Below are positions 32,760 through 41,007 of a DNA stretch of 64,000 bases, piece after piece. The notes beneath the pieces were generated by a model, which saw only the letters and a program-made list of their open reading frames with translations, was not told where the DNA came from and searched no databases. The DNA is from an uncultured Solirubrobacteraceae bacterium (GTDB taxonomy: Bacteria > Actinomycetota > Thermoleophilia > Solirubrobacterales > Solirubrobacteraceae). The first letter of the stretch is position 1; each line of letters starts with the position of its first letter. The stretch covers positions 316,512 through 380,511 of the forward strand of contig CAWHAB010000010.1 of assembly GCA_963827105.1 (NCBI GenBank), read 5' to 3'. The position numbers and the translations under genes were made by a program.

Positions 32760-32778
32760 GAATGGACCGCCGCGCCGC

Positions 32779-33732
32779 TCAGTGGGAGCCGCCTCCGATG
32801 AGCAGCTCGACACCGGACTGCTCGATCGTCCGCTGCAGGCCCTCTCGCAGCGACACCTCCGGCGCCCAGCCGAGCAGCTCGCGCGCGCGCTCGATGTTCG
32901 GCTTGCGCTGCTTGGGGTCGTCGACGGGCAGCGCCTCGTAGATGATCTCGGAGCTCGAGCCGGTCAGCTCCTTGACCGTTTCAGCGAGCTCGAGCAGCGT
33001 GAACTCATCCGGGTTGCCGATGTTGACGGGGTCGTGATAGCCGGACTCGGCGAGCGCGATCATGCCGCGGATCAGGTCGGAGACGAAGCAGAACGAGCGC
33101 GTCTGGCTGCCGTCGCCGAACACCGTGATCGGCCGGCCGTCGAGGGCCTGACGCAGGAACGTCGGGATCGCGCGACCGTCGTGCGGGCGCATGCGCGCGC
33201 CGTAGGTGTTGAAGATCCGCATGATCGCCGTGTCGACGCCCTGCTGGCGGTGGTAGGCCATCGTCAGCGCCTCGGCGTAGCGCTTGGCCTCGTCATAGAC
33301 GCCGCGCGGGCCGACCGGGTTGACGTGGCCCCAGTAGCTCTCTGACTGCGGGTGTTCGAGCGGGTCGCCGTAGACCTCGCTGGTCGAGGAGATCAGGAAG
33401 CGCGCGCGCTTGGCCTTCGCCAGCCCGAGCGTGTGGTGGGTGCCGTAGGAGCCGACCTTGAGCGTGTGCAGCGGCAACCGCAGGTAGTCGATCGGCGAGG
33501 CCGGCGAGGCGAGGTGGTAGACGAAGTCGACGGGCTCCTCGATGAAGTACGGCTCGATGATGTCGGCGCCGACGTGCACGAAGCGCTCGGGATCGCGAAT
33601 GTGGGCGATGTTGGCGAGCGAGCCGGTCTCGAAGTTGTCGACGCAGATCACACGATTGCCGCGCGCGAGCAGCTCGTCGCACAGGTGCGAGCCGAGAAAT
33701 CCTGCGCCCCCCGTAACCAGGCATGTGGCCAT
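32779..33732 (-). CDS. UDP-glucuronate decarboxylase (UDP-xylose synthase) family
   Basis: [56 protein letters not shown]. Confidence 0.95.
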   Translation of the reverse strand: MATCLVTGGAGFLGSHLCDELLARGNRVICVDNFETGSLANIAHIRDPERFVHVGADIIEPYFIEEPVDFVYHLASPASPIDYLRLPLHTLKVGSYGTHHTLGLAKAKRARFLISSTSEVYGDPLEHPQSESYWGHVNPVGPRGVYDEAKRYAEALTMAYHRQQGVDTAIMRIFNTYGARMRPHDGRAIPTFLRQALDGRPITVFGDGSQTRSFCFVSDLIRGMIALAESGYHDPVNIGNPDEFTLLELAETVKELTGSSSEIIYEALPVDDPKQRKPNIERARELLGWAPEVSLREGLQRTIEQSGVELLIGGGSH

Positions 33733-33808
33733 CGCGGGCAGGATACCCGAGCGCGGTCATGCGCAGCGGTCCTGCAAGCGCGCTCGCGGGGTACATATCA
33801 TTCGTCCC

Positions 33809-35446
33809 ATGGCTGTCAGCGGCGTTGCCGACAATGACCCCGCGGAGGAGCACCTGACCGTCGCGCCGATCGTCGGCCCCGACGATCCGCGCCGCTTCAC
33901 CGACTCGGGGATCGAGATCGCCGATCTCTACACCGAGGCCGACCTGCCCGCGGACCTCGACCTCGGCGAGCCCGGGGAGTTCCCCTACGCGCGCGGCGTG
34001 CACCGCGAGATGTATCGCAAGCAGACGTGGACGATGCGCCAGTACGCCGGCTACGCATCGGCGAAGGAGTCCAACGAGCGCTACCGCTACCTGCTCTCCA
34101 AGGGCTCGACCGGCCTGTCGATGGCGTTCGATCTGCCGACCCAGCTCGGCCTCGACTCCGACGATCAGCTCTCGCTCGGCGAGGTCGGCCGCACGGGCGT
34201 GGCGATCGACACGATCGACGACATGCGCACGGCGTTCGACGGGATCCCGCTCGAGGAGGTCTCGACCTCGATGACGATCAACGCGCCGGCGGCCTGCCTG
34301 CTGCTGCTGTACGAGCTCGTCGGCGAGGAGCAGGGCGTGGGAAGCATGCAGCTGCGCGGCACCACGCAGAACGACGTGCTCAAGGAGTACATGGCGCGCG
34401 GCAACTACATCTATCCGCCGGTGCCGACGATGCGCCTGACGACCGACCTGTTCCAGTACTGCCACGAGCGCGTGCCGAAATGGAACACGATCTCGATCTC
34501 CGGCTACCACTTCCGCGAGAAGGGCTGCTCAGCGGTGCAGGAGGTGGCGTTCACGCTCTCCTCCGGGATCGCATACGTGCAGGCGGCGATCGACGCGGGC
34601 CTGTCGGTCGACGAGTTCGCGCCGCGGCTCGCGTTCTTCTTCAACGGCCACAACAACGTCTTCCAGGAGGTCGCGAAGTTCCGCGCGGCGCGGCGGATGT
34701 GGGCGCACATCATGCGCGAGCGCTTCGGCGCGACGAACCCGAAGGCGACGATGCTGCGCTTTCACACGCAGACCGGCGGCGTCACGTTGACCGCCCAGCA
34801 GCCGGAGAACAACATCGTGCGCGTCGCGCTGCAGGGCTTCGCCGCGGTCTGCGGCGGCACGCAGTCGCTGCACACCAACGGCTTCGACGAGGCGCTCGCG
34901 CTGCCGACCGAGCGGGCGGCGAAAATCGCCCTGCGCACGCAGCAGGTGCTCGCGCACGAGTCCGGCGCGACCGACACCGTCGACCCCTTCGCCGGCTCCT
35001 ATTTCGTCGAGTCGCTGACCGACGAGATCGAACTCCGCGCGAGCGAGCTGATCGCCAAGGTCGATGCGCTCGGCGGGTCGGTCAACGCAATCCAGTTCAT
35101 CACCGGCGAGATCGACGAGTCGGCATGGGGCTATCAGGAGCGCTACCGGGTCGGTCAGGACATCGTCGTCGGCGTCAACAAGTACGTGGAAGACGCCGCC
35201 GAGGTCCCTGACCTGCTGCGCGTCGACCCGCAGTCCGAGCGCGAACAGCTCGAGCGCCTCGCGGCGTTCAAGGGGAACCGCGACCAGGCACTCGTCGCGC
35301 AGCGCCTGGAGGAGCTGCGCGAGATCGCGCGCGGCGAGCAGAACCTGCTCCCGGCGATCCGCCAGGCGCTCAAGGACCGCTGCTCGCTCGGCGAGGTGTG
35401 CGGCGCGATGAAGGACGTCTTCGGCAGGTACGCGCCGACGTTCTGA
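33809..35446 (+). CDS. Methylmalonyl-CoA mutase, substrate-binding (large) subunit of a split enzyme
   Basis: WTMRQYAGY, GLSMAFDLPTQLG, QNDVLKEYMARG, ISISGYH. No C-terminal DxHxxG B12-binding domain. Confidence 0.94.
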   Translation: MAVSGVADNDPAEEHLTVAPIVGPDDPRRFTDSGIEIADLYTEADLPADLDLGEPGEFPYARGVHREMYRKQTWTMRQYAGYASAKESNERYRYLLSKGSTGLSMAFDLPTQLGLDSDDQLSLGEVGRTGVAIDTIDDMRTAFDGIPLEEVSTSMTINAPAACLLLLYELVGEEQGVGSMQLRGTTQNDVLKEYMARGNYIYPPVPTMRLTTDLFQYCHERVPKWNTISISGYHFREKGCSAVQEVAFTLSSGIAYVQAAIDAGLSVDEFAPRLAFFFNGHNNVFQEVAKFRAARRMWAHIMRERFGATNPKATMLRFHTQTGGVTLTAQQPENNIVRVALQGFAAVCGGTQSLHTNGFDEALALPTERAAKIALRTQQVLAHESGATDTVDPFAGSYFVESLTDEIELRASELIAKVDALGGSVNAIQFITGEIDESAWGYQERYRVGQDIVVGVNKYVEDAAEVPDLLRVDPQSEREQLERLAAFKGNRDQALVAQRLEELREIARGEQNLLPAIRQALKDRCSLGEVCGAMKDVFGRYAPTF

Positions 35447-35511
35447 GCGCTCAAAGGACGCGCACGCGGGCGGGGAGCGCCGTCGCGTGCGTGCGCCGGT
35501 AGAGTGCGCCC

Positions 35512-36006
35512 GTGCCCGCTCCCGCCGTCGCGTTCTTCGAAGTCGTCCTGGCATTGCACATCATGGCCGTCGTCGTCGCCTTCGGCGTGACGTTCGCCTA
35601 CCCGATCATCTTCTCGGTCGGCGCCCGCCAGGATCCACGCAGCCTGCCGCTGCTGCATCGCATCGAGTACTCGATCGAGCGTCGCCTGACAAATCCAGGG
35701 CTGCTGGTCGTGCTGCTCGCGGGCATCTATCTCGCGAGCAAGCTGGAAGTGTGGAGCGCCTTCTACGTGCAGTGGGGCCTGGCGGCCGTGGTCGTGATCG
35801 GCGCGGTCGTCGGAGCGGTGATGATCCCGACCGCCAAACGCGCCGAGCAGCTGGCGGCGCGTGACATCGCCGCGAGCGAGGGGGGCGATGTCACGCTCAG
35901 CGACGAATACCGCGCGCTGACGCGGCGGCTGGCCACGGTCGGATCGCTGCTGAGCCTGCTCGTGCTCGTGACGATCTACTTCATGGCGACGCACACCGGC
36001 GGCTGA
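35512..36006 (+). CDS. Four-TM membrane protein (DUF2269-like)
   Basis: LALHIMAVVVAFG, four hydrophobic helices, terminal IYFMATH. Confidence 0.7.
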   Translation: MPAPAVAFFEVVLALHIMAVVVAFGVTFAYPIIFSVGARQDPRSLPLLHRIEYSIERRLTNPGLLVVLLAGIYLASKLEVWSAFYVQWGLAAVVVIGAVVGAVMIPTAKRAEQLAARDIAASEGGDVTLSDEYRALTRRLATVGSLLSLLVLVTIYFMATHTGG

Positions 36007-36079
36007 TCGCGGCGCGATGCGCGGCCAGCCGGCGATCTGCCCGACCGCCGCGCGCCGCGGCGCTCGCGCGCATGGTTCC

Positions 36080-36107
36080 TTGACACGGTCCCGCCCTTAG
36101 CTACTCT
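36080..36107 (+). promoter_or_regulatory. Sigma70-type promoter TTGACA-16-TACTCT upstream of the chorismate lyase operon
   Basis: Exact TTGACA at 36080-36085 and TACTCT at 36102-36107 in a locally AT-richer gap. Confidence 0.6.
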
Positions 36108-36166
36108 TTAGATTCGCCCCCGATGCGGCTCAGCGGACGCTGCCGTGCCGATAAAGGACGTCGCCG

Positions 36167-36883
36167 ATGAGCCCACGAACGACGAGGCAAGCGCAGACCC
36201 CGAGAGCGGATGACGGACGCCGCGGCACTCGCTTCTCGCGCGCAGGGGGACCTCCGGCCGCGGAGCAGACGGCGGTCGCCCAGCGGCTCGCGAGACTCCA
36301 CTACAGCGCACAGCACGACACACCGCGCGAGCTCCGTGCGGTGCCGATCACACAGCTGCATCCGCTGCTGCGCGGCCTGTTGTTCACTGACGGAACGGTG
36401 AGTCGGCTGCTCGAAGCGATCACGCTGTCGCGCATCGCAGTCGAGCCGCTCGAGCAGGCGCCGGGCGCAGCGCCCGCCGGGTTCGCGCGACATCTCGAGA
36501 TCGCCGCCGGGGCCCAGTGCCTGCGCAGACGCGTGATCATGCGCGTCAGCGACGGGCGCCCGATCGTGTGGGCGGAGTCGTGTTTCGTGACCGAGCGGCT
36601 GCCACCCGAGTTCCTCAGCTCGCTCGACGGCAACGCGCAGGGCATCGGCGGATCGCTGCGAGCGCTGCAGCTCGAGAGCAGGCGCGAGCTGCTGTGGTTC
36701 GGACTCGGCCCGGCGCCGGCGTGGTCGGACGACGGCGATCGAGGCGTCGACACGCTGACGCGCGCCTATCGCGTACTGATGGCGGGCGAGGCGACGCTGC
36801 TCATCTCCGAGGCGTTCGCGGTCGAGCGGCGCTCGGGGATCTTCCGGCTGGCCGGGCAGGACGAGCCTTCCGACGCCAGCTGA
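36167..36883 (+). CDS. Chorismate pyruvate-lyase family protein (UbiC/Rv2949c-like, 4-hydroxybenzoate-forming)
   Basis: LRGLLFTDGTVSRLLEA, CLRRRVIM, VWAES, GIGGSL, RAYRV, LLISEAF. Confidence 0.85.
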   Translation: MSPRTTRQAQTPRADDGRRGTRFSRAGGPPAAEQTAVAQRLARLHYSAQHDTPRELRAVPITQLHPLLRGLLFTDGTVSRLLEAITLSRIAVEPLEQAPGAAPAGFARHLEIAAGAQCLRRRVIMRVSDGRPIVWAESCFVTERLPPEFLSSLDGNAQGIGGSLRALQLESRRELLWFGLGPAPAWSDDGDRGVDTLTRAYRVLMAGEATLLISEAFAVERRSGIFRLAGQDEPSDAS

Positions 36884-36884
36884 G

Positions 36885-38528
36885 ATGGCGCCGGGCGATC
36901 GCTGCAACGCCGGCCTGGTGATCGAGCGCGGCATCGAAGCGTCGGCTCCCGGCAAGACCGCCTACGTGAGCGCCGCGGAGTCGCTCAGCTACGAACAGCT
37001 GCGCACGCAGGCAAACCGCATGGGCGGGCTGCTGCGCAGCCTCGGAGTGCAGCGCGAGCAGCGCGTCCTGCTCGTGCTCGACGACACGACGGCGTTCCCG
37101 ATCGCGTTCCTCGGGGCGATGCGGATCGGTGCGGTGCCGGTCCCGGTGAGCGTGCGCGAGAGCACGGAGAACTTCCGCCACTTCCTCGATGACTGCGGCG
37201 CCGAGGTGGTCGTCTGCGATGCCGGCCTGCTGTCGAGGCTGCAGGCGCCGGCTGCCGGGCGCGAGCTGCGCTTCCTCGCGCGCGGCGCAGCGGCGGGCGC
37301 GACCGAGCTCGACGCTGCGCTCGCGGCCCACGAGGATGAGCTCGACGTCGCCGCGACCCGCGCCGGCGGGATGGCGTTCTGGCTGTACACGTCGGGCTCG
37401 ACCGGCAAGCCGAAGGGCGTCGTCCACTCACACAAGGACATGGAGGTGACGTGCGAGACGTTCGCTCGCCATGTGCTCGCGCTGGGCGAGCGCGACCGCG
37501 TCTTCTCGAGCACGAAGCTCTATCACTCCTACGGGCTCGGCAACAGCCTCTCCTATCCGCTGCACGTCGGCGCGAGCGCGATCCTGCTCGAGGGCGCGCC
37601 GGCACCGGAGCGCCTGCTCGCGACGCTGCGCGAGCAGCGGCCGAGCGTGTACTACTCGGTGCCCGCGCTGTACCGCCAACTCGTGCTCGACCGCGACGCG
37701 GACGGGGCGCTGGAGTCGGTGCGGCTGTGCATCTCGGCGGCCGAGCCGCTGCCGCTGCGGACATTCGAGCAGTGGCGCGAGCGCTTCGGGCTGGAGATCG
37801 TCGACGGGGTCGGCTCGACGGAGATGTTCACCGCGTACTGCTCGAACGTGCCCGGCGAAGTCGTCCCGGGGGCGACCGGCCGCGCGGTGCCGGGATTCGA
37901 GCTGCGGCTCAGCGACGAGACGGGTGGCGTGATCGAGGGCGAGGGCGAGGGCACGCTCGAGGTGCGCGGCGGCTCGCGCGCGGCGTGCTACTGGCAGCAG
38001 CCGGAGCAGACCGCGCGCAACATGCCGGGAGAGTGGCTGATCACGGGCGATCGCTTTCGGCGGTCGGACGACGAGACGTACACCTACGTCGGCCGCGCCG
38101 ATGACATGTTCAAGGTCGGCGGCCTGTGGGTTTCGCCGCTCGATATCGAGAAGGTGCTGCTCGAACACCCCGCGGTCGCCGCCGCGGGCGTCGTCGGGGT
38201 GACCGTCGACGACCACCCCCGGATCGCGGCGTTCGTCAGCTGCCACGGCGACGCGAGCGCCGGCGACGCGCTCGAAGACTCGCTGCGCTCGTGGTGCAAA
38301 GAGCGCATGCGCTCCTACGAATACCCCCACCTGATCCGCTTCGTCGCCGAGCTGCCGCGGACGCTGAGCGGCAAGCCGCAGCGCTTCAAGCTGCGCGAGA
38401 CGATCGAGCGTGAGCTGGCGGCGGCGCGGATCGAGCGGCGCCGGCGCAGGCGCCGGGCTCGCTCGCGCGGACGCTCGCAGAGCTCCCCGAGCAGGAGCGC
38501 GAGCACGCGGCGGTCGAGCTGGTGCTGA
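36885..38528 (+). CDS. Benzoate-CoA ligase family aryl-adenylation domain, probably fused to the following ACP via a frameshift near 38435
   Basis: FWLYTSGSTGKPKG, KLYHSYGLGNS, CISAAEPLP, DGVGSTEM, TGD, YVGRADDMFKVGGLWVSP, LPRTLSGKPQR. Confidence 0.92.
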   Translation: MAPGDRCNAGLVIERGIEASAPGKTAYVSAAESLSYEQLRTQANRMGGLLRSLGVQREQRVLLVLDDTTAFPIAFLGAMRIGAVPVPVSVRESTENFRHFLDDCGAEVVVCDAGLLSRLQAPAAGRELRFLARGAAAGATELDAALAAHEDELDVAATRAGGMAFWLYTSGSTGKPKGVVHSHKDMEVTCETFARHVLALGERDRVFSSTKLYHSYGLGNSLSYPLHVGASAILLEGAPAPERLLATLREQRPSVYYSVPALYRQLVLDRDADGALESVRLCISAAEPLPLRTFEQWRERFGLEIVDGVGSTEMFTAYCSNVPGEVVPGATGRAVPGFELRLSDETGGVIEGEGEGTLEVRGGSRAACYWQQPEQTARNMPGEWLITGDRFRRSDDETYTYVGRADDMFKVGGLWVSPLDIEKVLLEHPAVAAAGVVGVTVDDHPRIAAFVSCHGDASAGDALEDSLRSWCKERMRSYEYPHLIRFVAELPRTLSGKPQRFKLRETIERELAAARIERRRRRRRARSRGRSQSSPSRSASTRRSSWC

Positions 38529-39076
38529 GGGAGATGTCGGCGGTGCTCGGCGAGCGCGAGCTGGCGGGCTGCGACGCCGGACGGGCATTCGAGGAGCTCG
38601 GCTTCGACTCGCTCACCGGCGTCGAGCTGCGCAACCGCCTCGAGCGCGCGACCGATCTGACGCTGCCCTCGACGCTGATCTTCGACTGCCCGACACCGCG
38701 CGCGGTCGCGGAGACGGTGCGCCTGCAGGCCGAAGGGCGCGAGCCGCCCGCTGACTCCAGCGAGCTGCCCGGGCACGATCGCCACGACGGCATCCGCGAT
38801 CAGGGCGCCTACGTCGCGCGAGCGCTCGAGGCGGTGGCGCGCCGCCCGCGGCCGCAGCGGATGGGACCGGCGCCGCTCGCGGTTCGCGTGAAGACCTCGC
38901 CGTGGCTGCGCAGCGTGCTGCCGGGCGGCTCGCCGTCAGACGCGCGGAACGCCGCGGCGCGAAGGACTGGGAGAGCAGCGCTGACGCGCGCGCGGCGGCG
39001 CTTGCAGCGATGGCGAGGATCGTCGGCGACACGGCCCGCGCCGACGAGCTCGACCAGCTCGCGCGCGAGCATCTGA
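38522..39076 (+). CDS. PKS-type acyl/aryl carrier domain (middle domain of the probable fusion)
   Basis: The same frame read from about 38440 gives LARTLAELPEQEREHAAVELVLREMSAVLG...FEELGFDSLTGVELRNRLERATDLTLPSTLIFDCPTPRAVA. Phosphopantetheine Ser is in GFDSL. Confidence 0.88.
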   Translation: MLREMSAVLGERELAGCDAGRAFEELGFDSLTGVELRNRLERATDLTLPSTLIFDCPTPRAVAETVRLQAEGREPPADSSELPGHDRHDGIRDQGAYVARALEAVARRPRPQRMGPAPLAVRVKTSPWLRSVLPGGSPSDARNAAARRTGRAALTRARRRLQRWRGSSATRPAPTSSTSSRASI

Positions 39077-39762
39077 TCGAGAGCAACGTCGACAGGGCGC
39101 TGTTCTGGCAGCAGCCGTGGTCGGCGAACGTCGATCGCGTGTCGGCTGCGCGCGTCGAGGAGGCGTTCGCGGGCGGCCGCGGCGTGCTGCTCAGCGCCTG
39201 CCACATCGGCGCGTTCTACCGCCTGCAGTGCGCGCCGCCGTTCCGGCGGCGCGTCACCTACATGACCCCCGGCCCGTGGTTCTTCGAGCCGCCGACACCG
39301 GACTACTGGGGACGCAGGCTGGCGCGCTGGCGGAAAGGCATGAAGAGCCGCCCGGTCCCGGCCAAAGGCTCGTTCCGGACGATCCAGGCCCTGCTCGAGC
39401 GCGGCGAGGCGGTGTTCCTGTTCTTCGACATGCCGGGGCCGCGCGCGACGCGCCTGCTCGGCAAACAGGCGGCGCTCGCCGAAGGCAATGCCCAGCTCGC
39501 GGTCCGCGCGGACGCGCTCGTGCTGCCGTTGCGCGCGCGCCGCGCCGGACACCGCGTGTGGGTCGATGTCGCCGCGCCGCTGGATCCGCGCGAGCTCGGC
39601 GGCGTCGATCAGCTGCACGAGCGCCTGGCCGCCGTGCATGAGCGCTGGATCCTCGAGGACCCGGCCGCGATCGAGGATGCGGCCGCGATCGATTGGATCG
39701 CCGGCTCAAGCGGCGAGCACGCTCAGCAGGCGCAGCTGGCGCAGCAGGCGCCGAGCGCCTAG
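38902..39762 (+). CDS. LpxL/HtrB/PatA-like (LPLAT superfamily) acyltransferase domain (C-terminal domain of the probable fusion)
   Basis: VEEAFAGGRGVLLSACHIGAF, ALLERGEAVFLFFDMPG, LLGKQAALAEGNAQLAVRADALVLP, HERWILEDP. Confidence 0.75.
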   Translation: MAAQRAAGRLAVRRAERRGAKDWESSADARAAALAAMARIVGDTARADELDQLAREHLIESNVDRALFWQQPWSANVDRVSAARVEEAFAGGRGVLLSACHIGAFYRLQCAPPFRRRVTYMTPGPWFFEPPTPDYWGRRLARWRKGMKSRPVPAKGSFRTIQALLERGEAVFLFFDMPGPRATRLLGKQAALAEGNAQLAVRADALVLPLRARRAGHRVWVDVAAPLDPRELGGVDQLHERLAAVHERWILEDPAAIEDAAAIDWIAGSSGEHAQQAQLAQQAPSA

Positions 39763-40934
39763 AAGTCGGCGCTCGCGGGCAGGCCGACGTAGTTCTCGGC
39801 GAGGCTGCGTGCGGCGGCCTGCGAGCGCCCGAGATGGTCGAGCCGCGCGAGCTGCAGGCGGCGCTGAAACGGCCCGCCGCCGAGATCGTGCAGCAGCTGC
39901 GTCATGTAGTTGGAGAAGTCCTGCGCCTGCCAGACGCGGCGCAGCGCGTTCGCGGAGTAGGCCTCGAGCGCGGCGGTCGAGCCGTCGGCGTAGGAGGCGG
40001 CGATCGCGGGCGCGAGCAGGCGCGCGTCGTTGAGCGCCAGGTTGAGGCCCTTGGCGCCGGTCGGCGGGACGATGTGGGCGGCGTCGCCGAGCAGCAGCAG
40101 CCTGCCGTGCCGCAGCGGCTCACAGACGAAGCTGCGCATCGGCGTGATCCCCTGCTCGATGATCGCGCCCTCGTTGACGCGCCAGCCGTCGCTCGCGAGG
40201 CGCAGCTGCAGCTCGCTCCAGATGCGCTCGGCGGGCCAGTCCTCGATGCGCGCTTCGGCGGGCACCTGCAGATACAGGCGGCTGATGCGCGGCGAGCGCA
40301 TCGAGTACAGCGCGAAGCCGCGCTCGTGCCAGGCGTAGATCAGCTCCTCGGTGGCGGCGCGGCCTCGGCGAGGATCCCGAGCCAGCTGAAGGGGTAGGTG
40401 AGGTCGTATTCGCGGAGCGCGCCGGCGGGGATCGACGGGCGGCGAGACGCCGTGAAAGCCGTCACAGCCGGCGATCAGGTCGCACCGCAGCTCGCTGTGT
40501 TCGCCTGCGTGGCTGTAGGTGATGCGCGGGCGCTCGCTGTCGAGGTCGTGGAGCGCGACGTCGGTCGCGTCGAAGTGCAGCGCGCCACGATCGCGCAGGC
40601 GGGCGGCGATCAGATCCTTGACGAGCTCCTGCTGGCCGTAGATCGTGATCGCGCGGCCGGTCAGCCCGGCGATGTCGATGTACTGCGTGTGACCGGGCTG
40701 GCGCAGGTGGATCCCGCGGTGTTCGAGGCCCTCGCGCGCGAGCCGCTCGCCGACACCGAGCTCGCTCAGCAGCTCGACGGTGTTGTGCTCGAGCAGGCCG
40801 GCGCGCACGCGCTGCTCGACGTACGCCCGCGAACGGCTCTCGAGCACGACCGACTCGATCCCCGCGCGCTGCAGCATCAACGCGAGCGTCAGCCCGGCCG
40901 GCCCGGCGCCGACGATGCCGACCTGCGTGCTCAC
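39759..40934 (-). CDS. pobA: 4-hydroxybenzoate 3-monooxygenase (two compensating indels near 40350-40445)
   Basis: TQVGIVGAGPAGL, RVRAGLLE, YGQQE, CDGFHGVS, ELIYA, SRLYLQV, GDAAHIVPPTGAKGLNLA, LAENYVGLP. The conserved YPFSWLGIL is in another frame. Confidence 0.95.
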   Translation of the reverse strand: MSTQVGIVGAGPAGLTLALMLQRAGIESVVLESRSRAYVEQRVRAGLLEHNTVELLSELGVGERLAREGLEHRGIHLRQPGHTQYIDIAGLTGRAITIYGQQELVKDLIAARLRDRGALHFDATDVALHDLDSERPRITYSHAGEHSELRCDLIAGCDGFHGVSPPVDPRRRAPRIRPHLPLQLARDPRRGRAATEELIYAWHERGFALYSMRSPRISRLYLQVPAEARIEDWPAERIWSELQLRLASDGWRVNEGAIIEQGITPMRSFVCEPLRHGRLLLLGDAAHIVPPTGAKGLNLALNDARLLAPAIAASYADGSTAALEAYSANALRRVWQAQDFSNYMTQLLHDLGGGPFQRRLQLARLDHLGRSQAAARSLAENYVGLPASADF

Positions 40935-41007
40935 GCGGCGAGCATAGACAATCGCAACTCGAGCGGAGTGCGCGCTGCGCGCGGCCGCGGGGGCGTGCGC
41001 GCGCTGC

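Noticed and set aside
36885-39076. NRPS/PKS or siderophore cluster
   Set aside because: No condensation, KS or thioesterase domains and no transporters. Only A and carrier domains plus an acyltransferase are present.
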